A DNA stretch of 64,000 nucleotides from Octopus vulgaris (GCA_951406725.2 OX597816.1:96472001-96536000); one strand, 5' to 3'. Numbered from the stretch's first letter, positions 13,651 to 30,129 are shown. Numbers and translations are program-made. Notes: generated by a model from the letters alone, not told the origin.

Positions 13651-14053
13651 CACCAGGGAGAATGGTAAGTACTTCCTGTTTCTTGAACATATGTGTTACA
13701 ATTCTTCATCGCTGTATGCCCAATATCATTTGATTTTTTACGTAAAAGGACAAAAGAGCATATACTCGATTAGTTGAGAAGAGAAGACACTTGATGTATC
13801 AAGTGCCTTGATGTATGAGGCATGTCTCCATGCTGAGTCTGAGGCCGTGTGTGAAAATGAATGGAGGTATAACGTCACCATCACTAGTGATTACTCCAGA
13901 CACCAATGAAATGCTCGCATTGGAGCTTTCGGCAAGAATGCTAACCAGTGCAGCATGTCGTTTCAGAATTTCCGACAGGGGGTGCTGTTTTATTTACAGA
14001 CAGTGCCCAACTGATCCTATTATACTGTCGACCAAATCAAAAACAATGTGCAT

Positions 14054-14087
<34 letters not shown>

Positions 14088-14163
14088 CAATTGCAGCGTG
14101 CAATTGTTTTCGTTCTAGCAAACGATCTCAGATCAAATCACTTGCTATGCAAGTACATCTCCG

Positions 14164-14227
<64 letters not shown>

Positions 14228-14458
14228 TTTCTAGTTTCAGCTCAGAGCTGCGGCCATGCTGATGCACCGCCGTTTTGTGCTACACTGTTATTGCGACGAA
14301 CCTCGTCTGTTATATGGCACTTGGTGAAGAATGGAGTTTGATACAACTACTCTCATTTGCACCTCTTGCCGTGAGGTAGGTTCATCTGGGACTCTTGACA
14401 GGAAGATGTCCAGTTTTGATTTAAAAACCGCTACATATATATATATATAGTATATACA

Positions 14459-14671
14459 TGAGGGGCGCTGAAAAGTTCCTGGCTATGGGTAGAAGAAAAT
14501 ACAGGAGGGTCAGTTAATTATGATTTTATCCAACCTATTCCCGTCTCAGATTCACACACTTGTCTCAGCGGTCTTCCAGTTTTTCTAAGTCCTGTAAAGA
14601 ATTCGGAAGTTTGGGCCTCCTTCAAGACTCTTGGCGATACTTTTAGAACCTGGAACATTTCAGCACCTTAC
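14459..14671. mobile_element. Mariner-derived MITE-like element
   Basis: Imperfect TIRs gaggggcgctgaaaagttcctgg / cctggaacattttcagcacct; the left TIR resembles that of the 28.9 kb mariner. Confidence 0.55.
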
Positions 14672-14680
14672 AGGATATAC

Positions 14681-14752
<72 letters not shown>

Positions 14753-15144
14753 GTCTATCTATAGATAGATGTTTGTGCGTGCGTGTGCGTATACGTGTCT
14801 GTATATAAAGATATATGTTGGTATATATGAATGCATGTATATAAGTATTGGGTGGAATATCGTATGAGCACTCCTTGAATACAAACTGGGATACAGAAAA
14901 AAATTGAATATCAGAGAAAGTTGCATAGTGAAATGTGTGTCCATGAGTATGAAAAAATATATTTGCTAATCTAATAATGCGCAGGCACATCTCATTGTAT
15001 GTTTCAAAATATATACATGTGTGTGTGTTTGTGTATGTGTGCGTGCACGTGAGTGTGTGTAATAAATAAATTTCTATATGCATATATACGTATATTTGTA
15101 TTATATATGTATATAAATACATATACATATAATGTATATATATA

Positions 15145-15231
<87 letters not shown>

Positions 15232-15789
15232 ATATTTATGTTGATAGATAGATGGATAGATGAATAGATAGATATATGTTTATACGTGTCTGTATATAAA
15301 CATATATGTAGGGATATATGAATGCATGTATATAAGTATTGGTTGGGATATCGTATGAGCATTACTTGCATACAGAATGGCATATATACATAAATGTATG
15401 CATATATATATATATATATATATATATAAATGTATGCATATATATATATATATAAATGTATGCATATATACGTTGGAAGCATGCATATATATGTGCATAT
15501 GTATACATATGCATATGCACACATCTTGTTAGTAATAATTCAGTTACGAAATATGATATCAGTCAAAGTTGATGCCGGCATCGAAAAATCGACCAACCAA
15601 ACAAAGTGAGTAAAATTATGTACAGTAAACAGCTTTACACTGGTCGTTGATGAAAGGCTTACTGGTATAAAGCCAAAATTGATGACTGGAGCGAACAAAT
15701 AAATCATCAACAATCCTGACACTGGTAACTTACATCATCGGGGTCATGACGCAAGTCGAGCTGGTTATACATATATATATATAAGCATA

Positions 15790-16149
<360 letters not shown>

Positions 16150-16942
16150 AAATGAAAGAACGTCCTTGGGCGCGTGGGGCATATAATTGAACTTATTTTA
16201 GGATATCGCCCACGATAATGAAGCAAGCGTAGGGGACTACAACAACAATAATAGCAAGAAACGGAAGTATCCCTTTACATATGATGCTGTTTATACCGTC
16301 TCGTATGCACGCATATACACCATCGATGACAGATATACAGACACTTGTTTACACATAGACATGCGTATGGAGGTAGTTTCGTCTGCATATACACAGGCAA
16401 GAAAGCACACATAACTATAATTGCGTGTTAGTCTCTGAATGCCTGTGTGTGTGCGAAGCTTTATGTAATTACAGTAAAACGGATATATATGCTTATACAA
16501 ATATAAAAGAGTTGATTACATAATCACACTTTCTTGGACATAAATACAAGTATATGTATGTATGTATGTATGAATTTATTTGTGTATGCGTATGTATAGT
16601 GATAGCTATTTCCACACACCCATCGGCACACGTATGTAAACATTTCTACACACATTAAAACACGTGTACATAAATACGATTGTACACAAATATATCTTAT
16701 CACTACTTCTGCTGAAGTTAGCGCTAACTTAATTGATGCAGATAGCGAGGAAACTTTAATTCATGCGCATAGCGAGCGAAATATAGGAAGAAAGCTTGAA
16801 ATTTATACAAATAAAATTGGGTAACAAATCCATATCTGAAAATTGAAATAGGTTGCTTACTCTGAAATATTCTTAAAATTGAAAATAACCATGTAGTGAA
16901 AAGGAAAATTTAATCTCATCTTTGTTAGACACAGTAACAACT

Positions 16943-16980
16943 CCAGACATCTTTCGATTTTACTTCACCTCCTCAGTGAC
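16943..16980 (-). ncRNA. Minimal degenerate hammerhead-like motif
   Basis: Minus strand GTCA-CTGAGGA-GGT(GAAGTAAA)ATC-GAAA-GATGTC-TGG; one change from the minimal GAAACATGTC form. Confidence 0.3.
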
Positions 16981-19344
16981 GAAATGTTTCTACCGATTGT
17001 CAGATTTGTAATATAAAAGATGCTTATTATATTTGCATACCGTAGTGGATATATAGCCACACCAATTAACTACTCCGACTGAAGCAAATCATCTACATGT
17101 TCAGTCCCTATCTTCGGATTTTTCGGTGGGAAGTAGCAGTGATTCTATTGTCAAAATATGAAATTCTTTGGCAGCACATGACATCTCTGGGAGTGTGCGT
17201 CTTTCTTTGACGCATACTAATCTTCTGACATTTGAAGAATGTTTGTGGAAAACCATTGTTTGATAGAACATTCTTGAAATATGTGGGGGTGACAGCTTTA
17301 TCTGCCTGTATCTTCGTTATCATCACACCTTTTTTTCTTTCTTCTCTTCTGATGTATTTCTCAAATACCACCGTGACAGCCCGCTTCACTCCTTCCCCTG
17401 CATAACTTCGAACTCAACGCTAACTTAGCTAAAATCATACAGTATATTTTAACATTTTACTGAAACCCTGACCCAGTCCTTAAATCCCGTTACAAAATCT
17501 GATAACTAAAACCTTCGGACAAGTGGAGGGAGTTCTGCTTCGTCGATAAGATTACATACAGCGACTTAGCACTCGAACACGTTAGAGACACTGCATAAAG
17601 AAAGTTCCCAGCATCACATCTAGTCAGTATGAATTGATTATTCGTTCATTTGGTGAAAATAATAACCGGATAAATATTTGTAGCAACAGAAAATTTTACT
17701 GAAGTACCCAAAATGTAAACGTTACTGCAAATTTAAACTGTGCTTTATTCTACCCTTACTACAAGAAAATAAAGAAATACCTCCAGTGTATTAATATTAA
17801 ATCCACTCACTCTAGATCTGTTTTAAATGACGTCATCACCAGTATTTGTACTGGAATTTCCAACTTCCCCGTCCAGTGCAGCTATTTTCAGTTACCGTAC
17901 CCTGTTCTATAACCAAGCCATCCTCGGCAGTAGCTCCTTCAAGAAAATAACTTGCGTCCACAACACCAGGTTGATAAACAAGTTAGAAATGTTAACTGCA
18001 TATTATTTCATCTGAATCCAACAATATCACGAGCCAGATTAACACTAAACTTACTGCTACTGATGACAATCACGTCCCCCTATGTAAATTAGCCTGGATA
18101 TAGAAGGCCCACGATACGGTCATCCCTGGTAAGCTACCTCCATCTACAATCTAACGGAAATGATAAGCATGATAGGAGGATTGAGATACGTTGTTTGATA
18201 TTACAGTTCTATTTACATGTGAAATTCCAATCCAAACACATCTTTAAATTTAATTTCCCACCTCAACATAAATACCACTATTTTAAATAGTTCTCGTATC
18301 AAACTCTTCTATTTCACCATAAGTAAACTCGGCTCTACAATTGCAGCATCGAATAGAAGAAAATTAGGACATGTATGAAAGAAACCTCATAATTCCCGTT
18401 ATAGCAATCGTTAAAATTATCGCAGTAATAATAATTCCACTTATAGTTCCCATTAAAATAATACTGATAGAGGTAATATCACTTATAATAAAAATGACAA
18501 CTTCAGTAACAATAACAACTGTATAAGCAATATGGACCGCGACAAAAGTTATGGGAAGAACAACTGTGAATCAGCTAAAAGTGAAAGTAAAAATTAAACG
18601 AAAATATAATTGAAAACGTTTATGACATTGCTGACAATAACAGCGATACGGATCGTAATATTAGTAATAGTGTCCGTAACTACAATAATAATGATTATAA
18701 CGATTATGAAAGTAGTGATCATAACGTTAATACCAACAACAAAGAAATAGGTATCCATAATAAGAATTGTAATCCTAGTTATGCCATTAAGAGCTACTAT
18801 AATGACTTAATTTACCTGTCTCGCAATCACTAAGACGGTAAAATGACTCTCGCTAATAAGGATGTCCATCTTATCTAGGCGTGGAAAGAAGAATGGTGGT
18901 TTCTATATCTTTTTCTTAAAATTCACATTCACATCTTTTTCTTTTGAATTTCATTATTTTGTAAAACTGAAGTGACTTCAGTTTCGCAAATAACCTACAT
19001 AACCATGCATACCCGGCCAAGTGTGAAATTGTCTGGGTCCCGAAAGTTATATTTTGGAGTAAGTGCCTGGTATCTATTGCATATAATATTACTTTTCATG
19101 TAATGGCAGTATCTGTAAGAAACTTTCCCTCAATGTCTATTAAATATTTTCTTATACCTATAGTTATCCGGAAAATGCTTATCTATCAAGGTAAAGCATT
19201 TTCTATCTACATTTGTCAAAGAGGAAAGGGGCAAACCATATAATCTCCTATAGCGAAATATTTAGGTTTCATATTAAAAGTGTAAGTTGTCCTCTCTCTG
19301 AAGCCACTATTATCAGGGCTATATTATAGAAGGGGCTGCCTTAC

Positions 19345-19386
<42 letters not shown>

Positions 19387-21169
19387 ATGTGCGTGCGTGT
19401 GTGTGTGTAAATAGATATATACACACGTATATGATATAGTAAGTATGAATATGTGTGATTGTGTATGCTTCCATACTGTCAGTATTCACATTGACGTTAT
19501 CATATATATCAATTCCTATTTCATCTTGTTAACTGGAGTATAGGATTTTCTTATTGAACTCCTTTTGCCGTAAAGAATAAAGAACCATGAACTAATTTCT
19601 TTTGAAATGGAAGTTTACTTCTTTTCATATGACATGCTTTAATTCGCGGGTCAGTTCACATTACTACAGATTAGATAATTATGACATTGATTCGAAATAG
19701 AAAACATATTCCCCTGGATAAAATAAATAAAAATAGAATAGCTATAATAGGATTTGTATGATCAGAAAAAAAAAAAGGAAATTGTTTTTCTCCACTAGGA
19801 GTTTTTATATCTTTTGAAGATTTTTTTATGTCAGTTTAATAAAGATGAGATACAATAATACTACAATTTATTTCCAAATATCTGCTGGGATGCTAGTTCA
19901 AACTGGTTTTATAGTAACATGAATAAAATAAAATGTCTTTATTAAAGGAAATACATATTCCTGTTTTCGTTTCAGCTTCAAAAGGAATGCTAGGTCAAGT
20001 TTGACCATGGACGAATCTGATCATGTTTCAGCACATATATTCGCAGGGTAAGATATTTTGAAGAGAACTAGCCAATGCCCATGCAGGCATGTATTTCCTT
20101 TACACACAACGGATGTTTCTCTAATGGAAAGGCAAACAACTTAGGCCGGTACATTCTCGACATCAATATCACCTCCAGCGAAGCTGTTAAAACACAAATG
20201 GAACAGATAGCGCAAATCTATCTGTTTTTTAATAACAGTTCTTTTAACACATCCATTCTAAATCAGCACTTTTTAATCCGCTTCAATAGGCTGATTAACG
20301 AATTTGAACTCAGATTGTAGAGAGTTGGAACAACTACCACAAGGTGTTCTGTTCAATATTTTACCAACTCTGCCAGTTTGCCGCCGTTTGATGGAATTGT
20401 GCAATGTTATCAATAGTTTCTAGAATAGTCCAGAGATACGAGGAAGAATCTAATCGTTCATATCAACCCCTGTTCTTGCTTTTTATTTCCGCCATGCCTG
20501 ATGGCTCAAAAGCAGAATCGATGCAATTGGATTTGAAATAAGGACTTAAAGAAACTCAACTTGATATTCCAAGGCCTTTTGCATCACTGCACAAGGGATT
20601 CAACTAGCTAACCTGCACCTATATCATTCTTTCTTTTATTGGCAAAATGCCTGAAATTTGGCGTGAGAGGAGCAGGTTACTACATTGAGCCTAGTATTTA
20701 ACTAGTTTCTTATTTTCTCGACTCGAAGAGGATGGAAGGCAAAGTCGAACTCACCGGAATGGCTTTATATGTAATAATAGTTTTTGATGTATTCTCCAAT
20801 ATTCTTATACGATACAATGAATTTCAAACATTATTTATTTATTGAGGTAAAAAGGAGAATGTATGACCTTAAGCAGATGAGTAGTATATATATCTACATC
20901 ACTTGATGAGATTAATTAAAAGTGAAAAACATTTATTCCTGATAGATCTTGAAAGTTTAAGGCTCTTTAAGATTCAATATTTGTTGGAGATGAATTTTCC
21001 CCATCTTCATTTGGGATTTCTTTTTCTTCCTGTTCTGTAAACATGGACGTATATAAAGAATGGAAGAACATATTGGACGATATAGGCTGAGTTACACAAA
21101 AGTCGCAAGGTTACGGGAAGAATGGTTTTGATCATAAGTCTGTCCTAGTGTTATTTTCTATTAACTAAA

Positions 21170-21340
21170 GGTGCAGGTGTGGGTGTGTGGTGAGAAGTTT
21201 GCTTCCCAGCCACATGATTCCGGGCCTCCACTGTGTGGCACCTTGAGCAAATGTCTTCTACTGTAGCCCACGACCGACCAAAGCCTTGTCAGCGTATTTC
21301 GTAGACGGAAACTGAAAGAAGCATGTCGTATATATATATA
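21170..21340 (+). mobile_element. tRNA-headed SINE, second family; another copy at ~34165-34440
   Basis: Shared aag..tttgctt.cc...acat...aaa.ccttgt.ag.g.attt.gtag..g.aa.tgaaagaag followed by (TA)/(TG) tracts. Confidence 0.65.
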
Positions 21341-22084
21341 TTTACTAGAGTAAGCACATAGATATTTGTAGCTGGATATGCGGTTGTTCAAGATGAAAAG
21401 AAAGAAAAGAATACAAACACAAGAACACATGAACACACAGAAACACATACACATACATATTTACCTGTACGCATTTACACGTATCTATCCATATACATCT
21501 ATGCATACAAAGACGCATAATCCATAGATGCGTACTTATAGGTACATACACCACATGGTATACATCAACGTAGTACAGGACAAAGACACATATGTAGCAC
21601 CACAATCATCCCTACAACAACCAACACAGTCGCCGATGTATTCATTTTTACGTAAGAATATCATAGTTGTGTGATACCATAAACAGTTGGAATCATGAAG
21701 GATTCGAGAAGGGAATTCAAAAGCATCTTCTTTTGTAATGACAGTAGTATATGATGGTAAAAATTGATTTATTTCCTATAATTCACTAAGAACTAATCAA
21801 CTTTATTCACAGATATCGTATCGGCTTTAGATATTGTAAACATCATTCAGCAGTCGATATATTTATTGAGATACGATAAAAATTACTTTCATCGTTGTTT
21901 CTGTGTCTTCCCTTTACAAAGGATCAAGCTTCTGGATTTCATGTTTCCTTTAACTTGCTCCTCTTCTTATTCACTCTCCTGGGGCCTCCAGCCCCATTTC
22001 CTATTATATAATAATTATATAACAATAATTACATAATAATAATAATGATGATGATGATGAAGATAATAATAATTATTATTATTA

Positions 22085-22535
22085 TAACCCTTTCTACTAA
22101 AGGCACAAGGCCTGGGATTTGGGGGAAGGGAAATAGTCGATTACATCGACCCCAGTGTTTCACTGGTACTTAATTTGTCGACTCCGAAAGAATGAAAGGC
22201 AAAGTTGACCGCGGTGTAATTTGAACTCAGGACGTAGCTACGGGCGAAATACTGCTAAGCATTTCTTCCAGCGTGCTAATGACTCTGCCAACTCGTCGCC
22301 TAAGTAATAATAATAATGGTAATCCTATCTATTATAGGCACAAGGCCTGGAATTTGTGGAAGGAGGACTAGTCGATTACATAGACCCCAGTATTTCACTG
22401 GTACTTATTTCATCGACCTCGAAAGGATGAAAAGTAAAGACGACCTCAGTGAAATTTGAACTCAGAACATAGCGACGGACGAAATGCCGCTAAGCATTTG
22501 CCCTGCGTGCTACTGATTCTGCCACCTCGCCGCCT
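22085..22535 (-). mobile_element. Two tandem minus-strand copies of the 12 kb SINE family
   Basis: Reverse-complement motifs tcgattacatcgaccccagt..ctggtactt..gaatgaaaggc..aatttgaactcag..gctaagcattt..gactctgcca occur twice, each flanked by (AAT)n. Confidence 0.75.
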
Positions 22536-22869
22536 GAATACCACTACAAATTAATTCTACACATCATAAATTCTTACGTGCCTGGCTATTGTCCTATAGT
22601 GATTCTCTTCCACAAGAAAGGTACCTTTCACTAACTCGAATCACGTCGCCACATTTTCAAGTGATTTATATGTTTCTTTTATTTTCTCTCATAAAGCACA
22701 AACAGTCTGAAAGGTAAACATCTTATTTCATTTTCTTCGTTCGTTTGTATAACTATTAGCTCAAATTAGTATAGCCATTCATTGTGAGTTTTTGCTTTGT
22801 TTTACGATACTTCTTTTTGTGGTTGCGAGTGTTTGTGTTTCTATGCGTACATATTTCTGTATATGTGTG

Positions 22870-22948
<79 letters not shown>

Positions 22949-22976
22949 CTACACACACGCACCTACATAATCACAA

Positions 22977-23030
<54 letters not shown>

Positions 23031-23115
23031 TATATGCATAATATATATATATACATACATACACATATATATATGTATATATATATATATATATATATAC
23101 ATATGTATATATATG

Positions 23116-23166
<51 letters not shown>

Positions 23167-23167
23167 A

Positions 23168-23201
<34 letters not shown>

Positions 23202-23790
23202 TATATAAGTACACATACATACACCCATTCACATAGCTGTACGTATGTGTTTGTGAGCATGTGTATGCGTGTATGTAAATTAATGAACTGTTTTTAATTC
23301 CCTAAGTTTTTAATGCAATAAAACTCAATTTTATTTCTGTGTTTATGTCAATTTAATTATATAATATATGTTCTCGTGATTATATTATCTCTCCTAATGA
23401 TGCCATACTAAAACTAATTCCAAAATTGGGAATCTGATTTCAAAGCAATTAAAATTCAACGAAGGATTATTGAAGACACGACGAAACCAATTCTTTTTCC
23501 TGTAGTTGCCAGTTAAATATTTCTAAATCTCGGCTAATTTGTTTTTCAAGAAAGACTAAACTTTATTTTACTTGTATACGTAAACCTTTTGCGGGATTAC
23601 ATTTGTAATTTCCATTTTTAATGGCTTAACCAGAGGAGGAACGGTTGCACACATAATTTTGTGAGTGGCCCTGGAGACGGATGGCTGAACCAGAGCTCAA
23701 TGGTTATATGCAAATCGTAATCACATTCGGATTTTTCGAACAAGTATGTCTCAAATAAACGACCTCCTCATCGTGCTAAATCATGATATA

Positions 23791-24032
23791 TGTTAAGTTA
23801 AGTTAATTTTTTGGCTCAAAAAGCAAAAAGCAAGGCCATGTAGGGGGACATGGAGTTGTGTACAGCGAGGGTCTTCATGCAGAGAGTTCAGGCCATTTCT
23901 GGTTAAGAGAGACTTTGAACGGGGCGTCGTCGGCATCTTCACTATCTCGTCCGGCAGCTTATTGCACGGATCCGCAACCCGGACGGAGAAAGCCCCTCTC
24001 CTTCGATTGAGATGAAATCATCGCAGATAGAG
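23791..24032 (-). mobile_element. 3' end of a CR1/L2-group LINE with (TTAAC)n tail
   Basis: Minus translation HLNRRRGAFSVRVADPCNKLPDEIVKM matches the FSxRVxxxWNxLP C-terminal motif. Confidence 0.7.
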
Positions 24033-24787
24033 CTATGTGTTCTCACTTTCACGAACATTTGAACTCACTGAATTTTTCAGTCTACCCAGTCCCATTCAGA
24101 AAACATATGTTTAAAATACGAACATCTGGCAGTAGACACTTGCCTAAGATACAGCTTTAAGCGTTGACAGATCAGTTTTGATGCGCACTCCATAAACATG
24201 CAGTATGATTGTCCGTGTAGATATACATACCCGAATACGCCCCCCCACACACACACACAGACACAGAGACACATACACTAAAACACACGCTCACACACAT
24301 ATATACGAACTTAATATACATATATAATATACATGCGCGTATTTGTATCAAAGCACTAATGGACACATGCTTCACTCTTCCTCTCTTTCTCTGTCTCTGC
24401 CTGTCCGTCTGTCTGTCTCTCTGTCAGCCTATCTGTCTGTCTGTCTCTCTCTCTCTCCCCACTCTCTCTAAATATATTGCATCGTGCAGGACCTGGTAAT
24501 TTCTATTACAATACGTTAATTGTTTTTGGAGCCTGTGTCGTTTCGAGGAGATACAGATACCCCTTAGCCCCCCACTCTTAACCTAGGGGAGAATCATGAA
24601 TGTAATAATTGGAGGGAGAGAATTTTTTACCCGTGGTATGTTCGTATTCATCTCCAATTTAGAAGACTGAAGCAACGGGAAATAAAGTGCCGAATTGCTC
24701 GAGGTCACAGTGCGGCGTTCAGGAATCGAAATCAGCTCCCTAAACGCTAGATCTCTTGATGTCCGTATATAAATATATGCGTGACTA

Positions 24788-24828
<41 letters not shown>

Positions 24829-24830
24829 TA

Positions 24831-25628
<798 letters not shown>

Positions 25629-26269
25629 GATTTAATCGTGTCGCTCCGTCGCTCTTACGCTATTGGTAACATTTAAGCCAGTACAGCCTGGTGCGTGGTC
25701 AGGTCATCCGAGACTAAACTGGCAACCCCTACTAAGCTTGCATCGTAAGGTGCGAAAATTTTGGGCACCCTGAGGGATGTAAACCAAGACCCATTAACGG
25801 GTGCATGAACGCAGGGGAGTGAACCGCTATTCAGTTTTGTCGAGGTTAATTACTGATCACCAATAGCTGTGTAGGCATTCCATCGAGGAGAAGACGATCT
25901 CCGCGAGTACTTGCAAAAGGTTGATACTATTTTACACAGAAAATTATGACATGAAGATGCTATAGATTCCTCCACGGACGGCTGTTAATAATAAAAATAA
26001 TGCGTGTGTGTGTGTCTATAATCCGGACGAGAAATATTTTTTCTGTCGGTCTTCATTATATATTATATATTGGATGGTTTCGTCCGTTCTGGGCAGTTAT
26101 TGTCTGCTTTGCGCGTAGTTTAATGTCATTTACTGATTTTTCTTTTGTTTTGCGTGTGACATTATCTGAGACGTTATCTGTGGGTATTGTTTTTATAGCT
26201 TCGTTTTCTTTATTCTTTTGTTGTAGTTTTGTTTATGATTTGGATGTTAGCATATTCTAGATTATTAAA

Positions 26270-27050
26270 TCCAGGAAGTTTTTAGATAAGCTCGAAAAGT
26301 TTTACGTAACACAAACTTTGCATATGTGTGATTTCTTTATACTGTATACAAATCTAGATTTAAAATAGTGGCAGACGGTATTTAGTATGATTTTCATAGT
26401 GTTTGATAAGTGTTATAAATTAGGCGTCCATTTAAAATGGAGATCTTATTTTACTTTTCTCCAGTAGTTGGTGGAATGAATTTACTAATTTAACTAATGG
26501 CAGATTAAAGGAGCTGGGTAGTTTTATTATTAATATCACAAATATTGATATGTTGATTTTATTCTTAAGATATTTAAACATGTTAAAGGCACTCCTGTAC
26601 CTACAGAGAAATATTGGTTTAGTTAAGCTGCTAAATGGCTGCTGCAGATATATTAATGGTATTTTATTCCTAAATACAACTATTTTTAATATTTGCTTGT
26701 TGAAACACCCCCAGGAGATCGCGTAGCAATTGGCATGGAGACACAGTGAATGCGGCTAATAATGTTAAATTAGTATCGATGATAAGTTATTAGCGTTTGT
26801 AATAAAAACTGGTAGCAACTTTGTTCTGAGCATTGGGTAGAACTCCCGTTAAGGATAGGGTATGATGGGCTCTCCAGTCAAGTTTAGTCGCTAGAACTAT
26901 ATAGATGATGTATTTATAGCTAAAGTCGAGCTGTTAATGAAACAAATGGAAAAATATGGATATGTCAGGAAATTATCACTTAATAGATTTAAGTATTGCT
27001 TCGGAAAATAATGTAAGTTTAAAAAAAAAAAACTTGAGGAAAATTTTTAT
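26270..27050 (+). mobile_element. Highly decayed Penelope-like RT relic
   Basis: CDFFILYTNL (DFSTLYT-like, ~26328), IFKHVKGTPV (QxxGIPMG-like, ~26570), CRYINGILF (RYIDD-like, ~26645), LLMKQMEKYGY near 26940. Confidence 0.55.
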
Positions 27051-28568
27051 TTGGAATTTCGTATGAGTGTTTGAAATGATTAAGTATTATTTTAATTGTT
27101 GCCTTGCAACTGTTTCATTATTTTGCGGGTATGCAAATTATCATGTATGATGTCACTTCCGCTAAATTCTATAAAAGGTTGGTAAGGTAAGCATTAACTG
27201 ACCTCGTTGCACCTGGGTGATATGTTCCTTATCTGGAGAATACTTTCGGTACGGTTGGTTAGTTTTAGTCATTCTTTCACGTTTTAAACATGACAATGTC
27301 CGTTTTGGTTCATTTTCTTTAATTAATCTGTTGATCAGTGGTTCTAGAATACCGTATTCCACTGTTTTTGGTAATGTATGTTACTTCGGGAAGCTGCAGT
27401 ATGATAATCTTTTGCTAATTTTTATTTTTCTGTATTCTATTGATTTATATGTTTACAACTTACTCTTTTCTTTATGTGTCTTTAATAAATTCTGTTTGCT
27501 ACATTTTATATGCTTCTATATCATATAGCTTTTATGTTCTATAGTTATTTAGGAAGCAATGACCATTTTTTATTTATTTTCCATTTACTATATTCATTTT
27601 TGTTATATTTTATGCTTTTATTTGGTGATCTATTTGTGTTTTGCAACTATAGACAAGTATCGACTTAATAAATACACTAAGTTAAAGTTGGACTTTTGTT
27701 TCTGTACATTTTCGACACTGTCAACAACACTGGATTAAATAAAATGGAATCGAAAGTACAACGTTATCCATTTGGCAACTGTAAATGGGTTTTATATCTT
27801 GGTCATGTTCGTTATTTTGTATGTTTTCGTTGTATACACTTTATATCATATACTCTCATTTTTTCCGAGGTTTCCTTCGTTGACATTGTATTATATTTTT
27901 TGGTGGGTTTGCTGCACGTCCTCCCCCCGTACACATGCACACACTTACAGGAACAAAGACGCTCTTATATACATGCATAAATACATAACATACACACACA
28001 CATGTAAAAATGCATAATATTAGCAAGCATGTATGTATATATATGTATGTATACCTGCATGTAAGTATATATCTTTGCAGCCAAAACGAAATCCGATAAT
28101 AAAACATGTAACAGGATTGTTCCTCGACATATTACGCTGGGTATAGTGAATCAGTATCAGCAGTTTCTATTCCATTGCCAGTGAGAAACTTTACGCAGTA
28201 TTCTCTTTTCCTTCACATTTACCGTATTACAGTAGTAATTAATCTCTGTAGCTAAAACAGAATGCACGACGAACAATCTGTTCATTATGCGCCTCTCTTC
28301 CCGTGCTCTTAGCGTCTAACTTTACAGACAATCGTATACTTTCGTCCACAGTGTATCTTCCCAGCTAGTGGTGCATCCTCAGCTCGTAATTTTCCCCCTG
28401 CTGCTTGGGGAACCGTCAGAAACCTCCAGCTGAAATAAGTATATATTTGTGCATGTATGTATGTGTGTGTATATATGTATGTATGTATGTATGTTTGTAT
28501 GTATGTATGTAGGTGTACAGGTGATATGTATGTGCTCAAATACGACCAGGCATATATCATTCAATCTG

Positions 28569-28693
<125 letters not shown>

Positions 28694-28879
28694 TTGTCTG
28701 TCTGTTTGTCTGTTCTCTCAGTGTATATATATATATATATATATATATATTTACATACAGACTTGGCCAAAATTATTAGGCCAATGTTTTGGGGTTCTGC
28801 TATCTCAATGTATATACACACATATATATGGTAAGGTGATGTAACCAGGAGGAAAAACAGAGCTCAAACTGAGAGTATA

Positions 28880-30129
28880 CGAGGGGCGTTCAATAAGTAA
28901 TGCCCCTGACCCACTTCCCATAGCAGTAGAGCAACGAAACTTGGCACAGTTATTAGTATTTTTCTACATAGGAACCACCCAGAGGTACGCATTTCTCCCA
29001 TCGTTTGATGCAGTTCTGAAGACCGTTTTTGTAGAAGACCCCAGCTTGGTCCTCCAACCACGACGTGACTTCAGAAATCAAGGCATCATCTGGGAAACGC
29101 TTTCCTTTCAAAAACAACTTCATGGCTGGGAAGAGGTGAAAATCAGAGGGTGCAGGTCAGGAGATGGGGGATGAGTTCATAGCCGCACGCCTGTGCTTCT
29201 GATCTGGCGACACGCGAGTTGTGGATCGGAGCGTTGTCCTGCAGGAGGAGGATGCCTTTGCTGATCTTGCCCCGCCTCTTGATTTTGATAGCTTCTCATA
29301 ATTTCCTCAAAACTGAAGCATAATAGGCTCCTGTAATTGTGGTACCCTTTGCCAGGAAATTTGTCATCACTACTCCGTCCTGGTCCTAGAAGACTGTGAG
29401 CATGACCTTGCCAGCGGAGGGCTGCACCCTTGCCTTCTTTGGAGGAGGTGAGTCACGGTGCTTCCACTGCATTGACTGGGCTTTGGTCTCTGGATCATAG
29501 TGATGGACCCAGGTTTCATCCTGTGTAATCAGTCTTTTGAAAAATTTTGACTCATCTTCTTGGCACATCTTCAAATTCATCCTCGCACTATCGACGCGTT
29601 CTTGCTTCTGGAAAGGTGTGAGCAGCCTGGGAATCCATCTGGCAGACACCTTTTGCATATGCAAATGGTCATGAATGATAGTTTCCACAGACCCGGTACT
29701 AATCTTGACCTCATGGGCTATTTGGCGAATAGTTATGCGTCGATCTTCCAAAATGGCAGCCTCAACTTGACGGACAGAGGCCTCATCAATGGCAGAAGGG
29801 GCGACCAGATCTGGGAGCTGTTTCCACAAAGTTCCAACCATGTTTGAATTCACGATGCCAGCGTTTTACAAGGTCATATGATGGGGCATCATCACCATAA
29901 GTTACTTTTATTTCATCAAAAGTCTCCCGTGGTGTGCGTCCTTTCAAATACAAAAACCGCATCACTGCTCGACACTCAACAGGCTCCGTTTCACACTTGA
30001 CTCAGTTCAAACACCTGTAAATCAGAAACCACAATTAGTTCAGAGCTGTAATTTCGCACTTAATCTATAGAGATATAGGTAATTGCACAGGCAAGTGGGT
30101 CAGAGGCATTACTTATTGAACGCCCCTCG
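28880..30129 (-). mobile_element. Full-length mariner (DD34D) transposon with inactivated transposase and TA target duplication
   Basis: 37-bp TIRs cgaggggcgttcaataagtaatgcc(c/t)ctgacccactt, TA at 28878-79 and 30130-31. Motifs WIPRLL, QDETWVHHYDPE, LLQDNAPIH, SPDL.PSDFHLF. Start codon ATG>ACG at ~29989, W>stop at 29386, frameshifts. Confidence 0.93.

Noticed and set aside
14790-15362. ~80-bp local duplication (14790-14870 and 15281-15362); similar short tandem copies at ~32477 and ~54921
   Set aside because: Ordinary slippage or duplication in low-complexity DNA with no functional signal.
29386-29853. SETMAR-like domesticated gene
   Set aside because: Enclosed by TIRs and a TA duplication, has no SET domain and carries multiple lesions.
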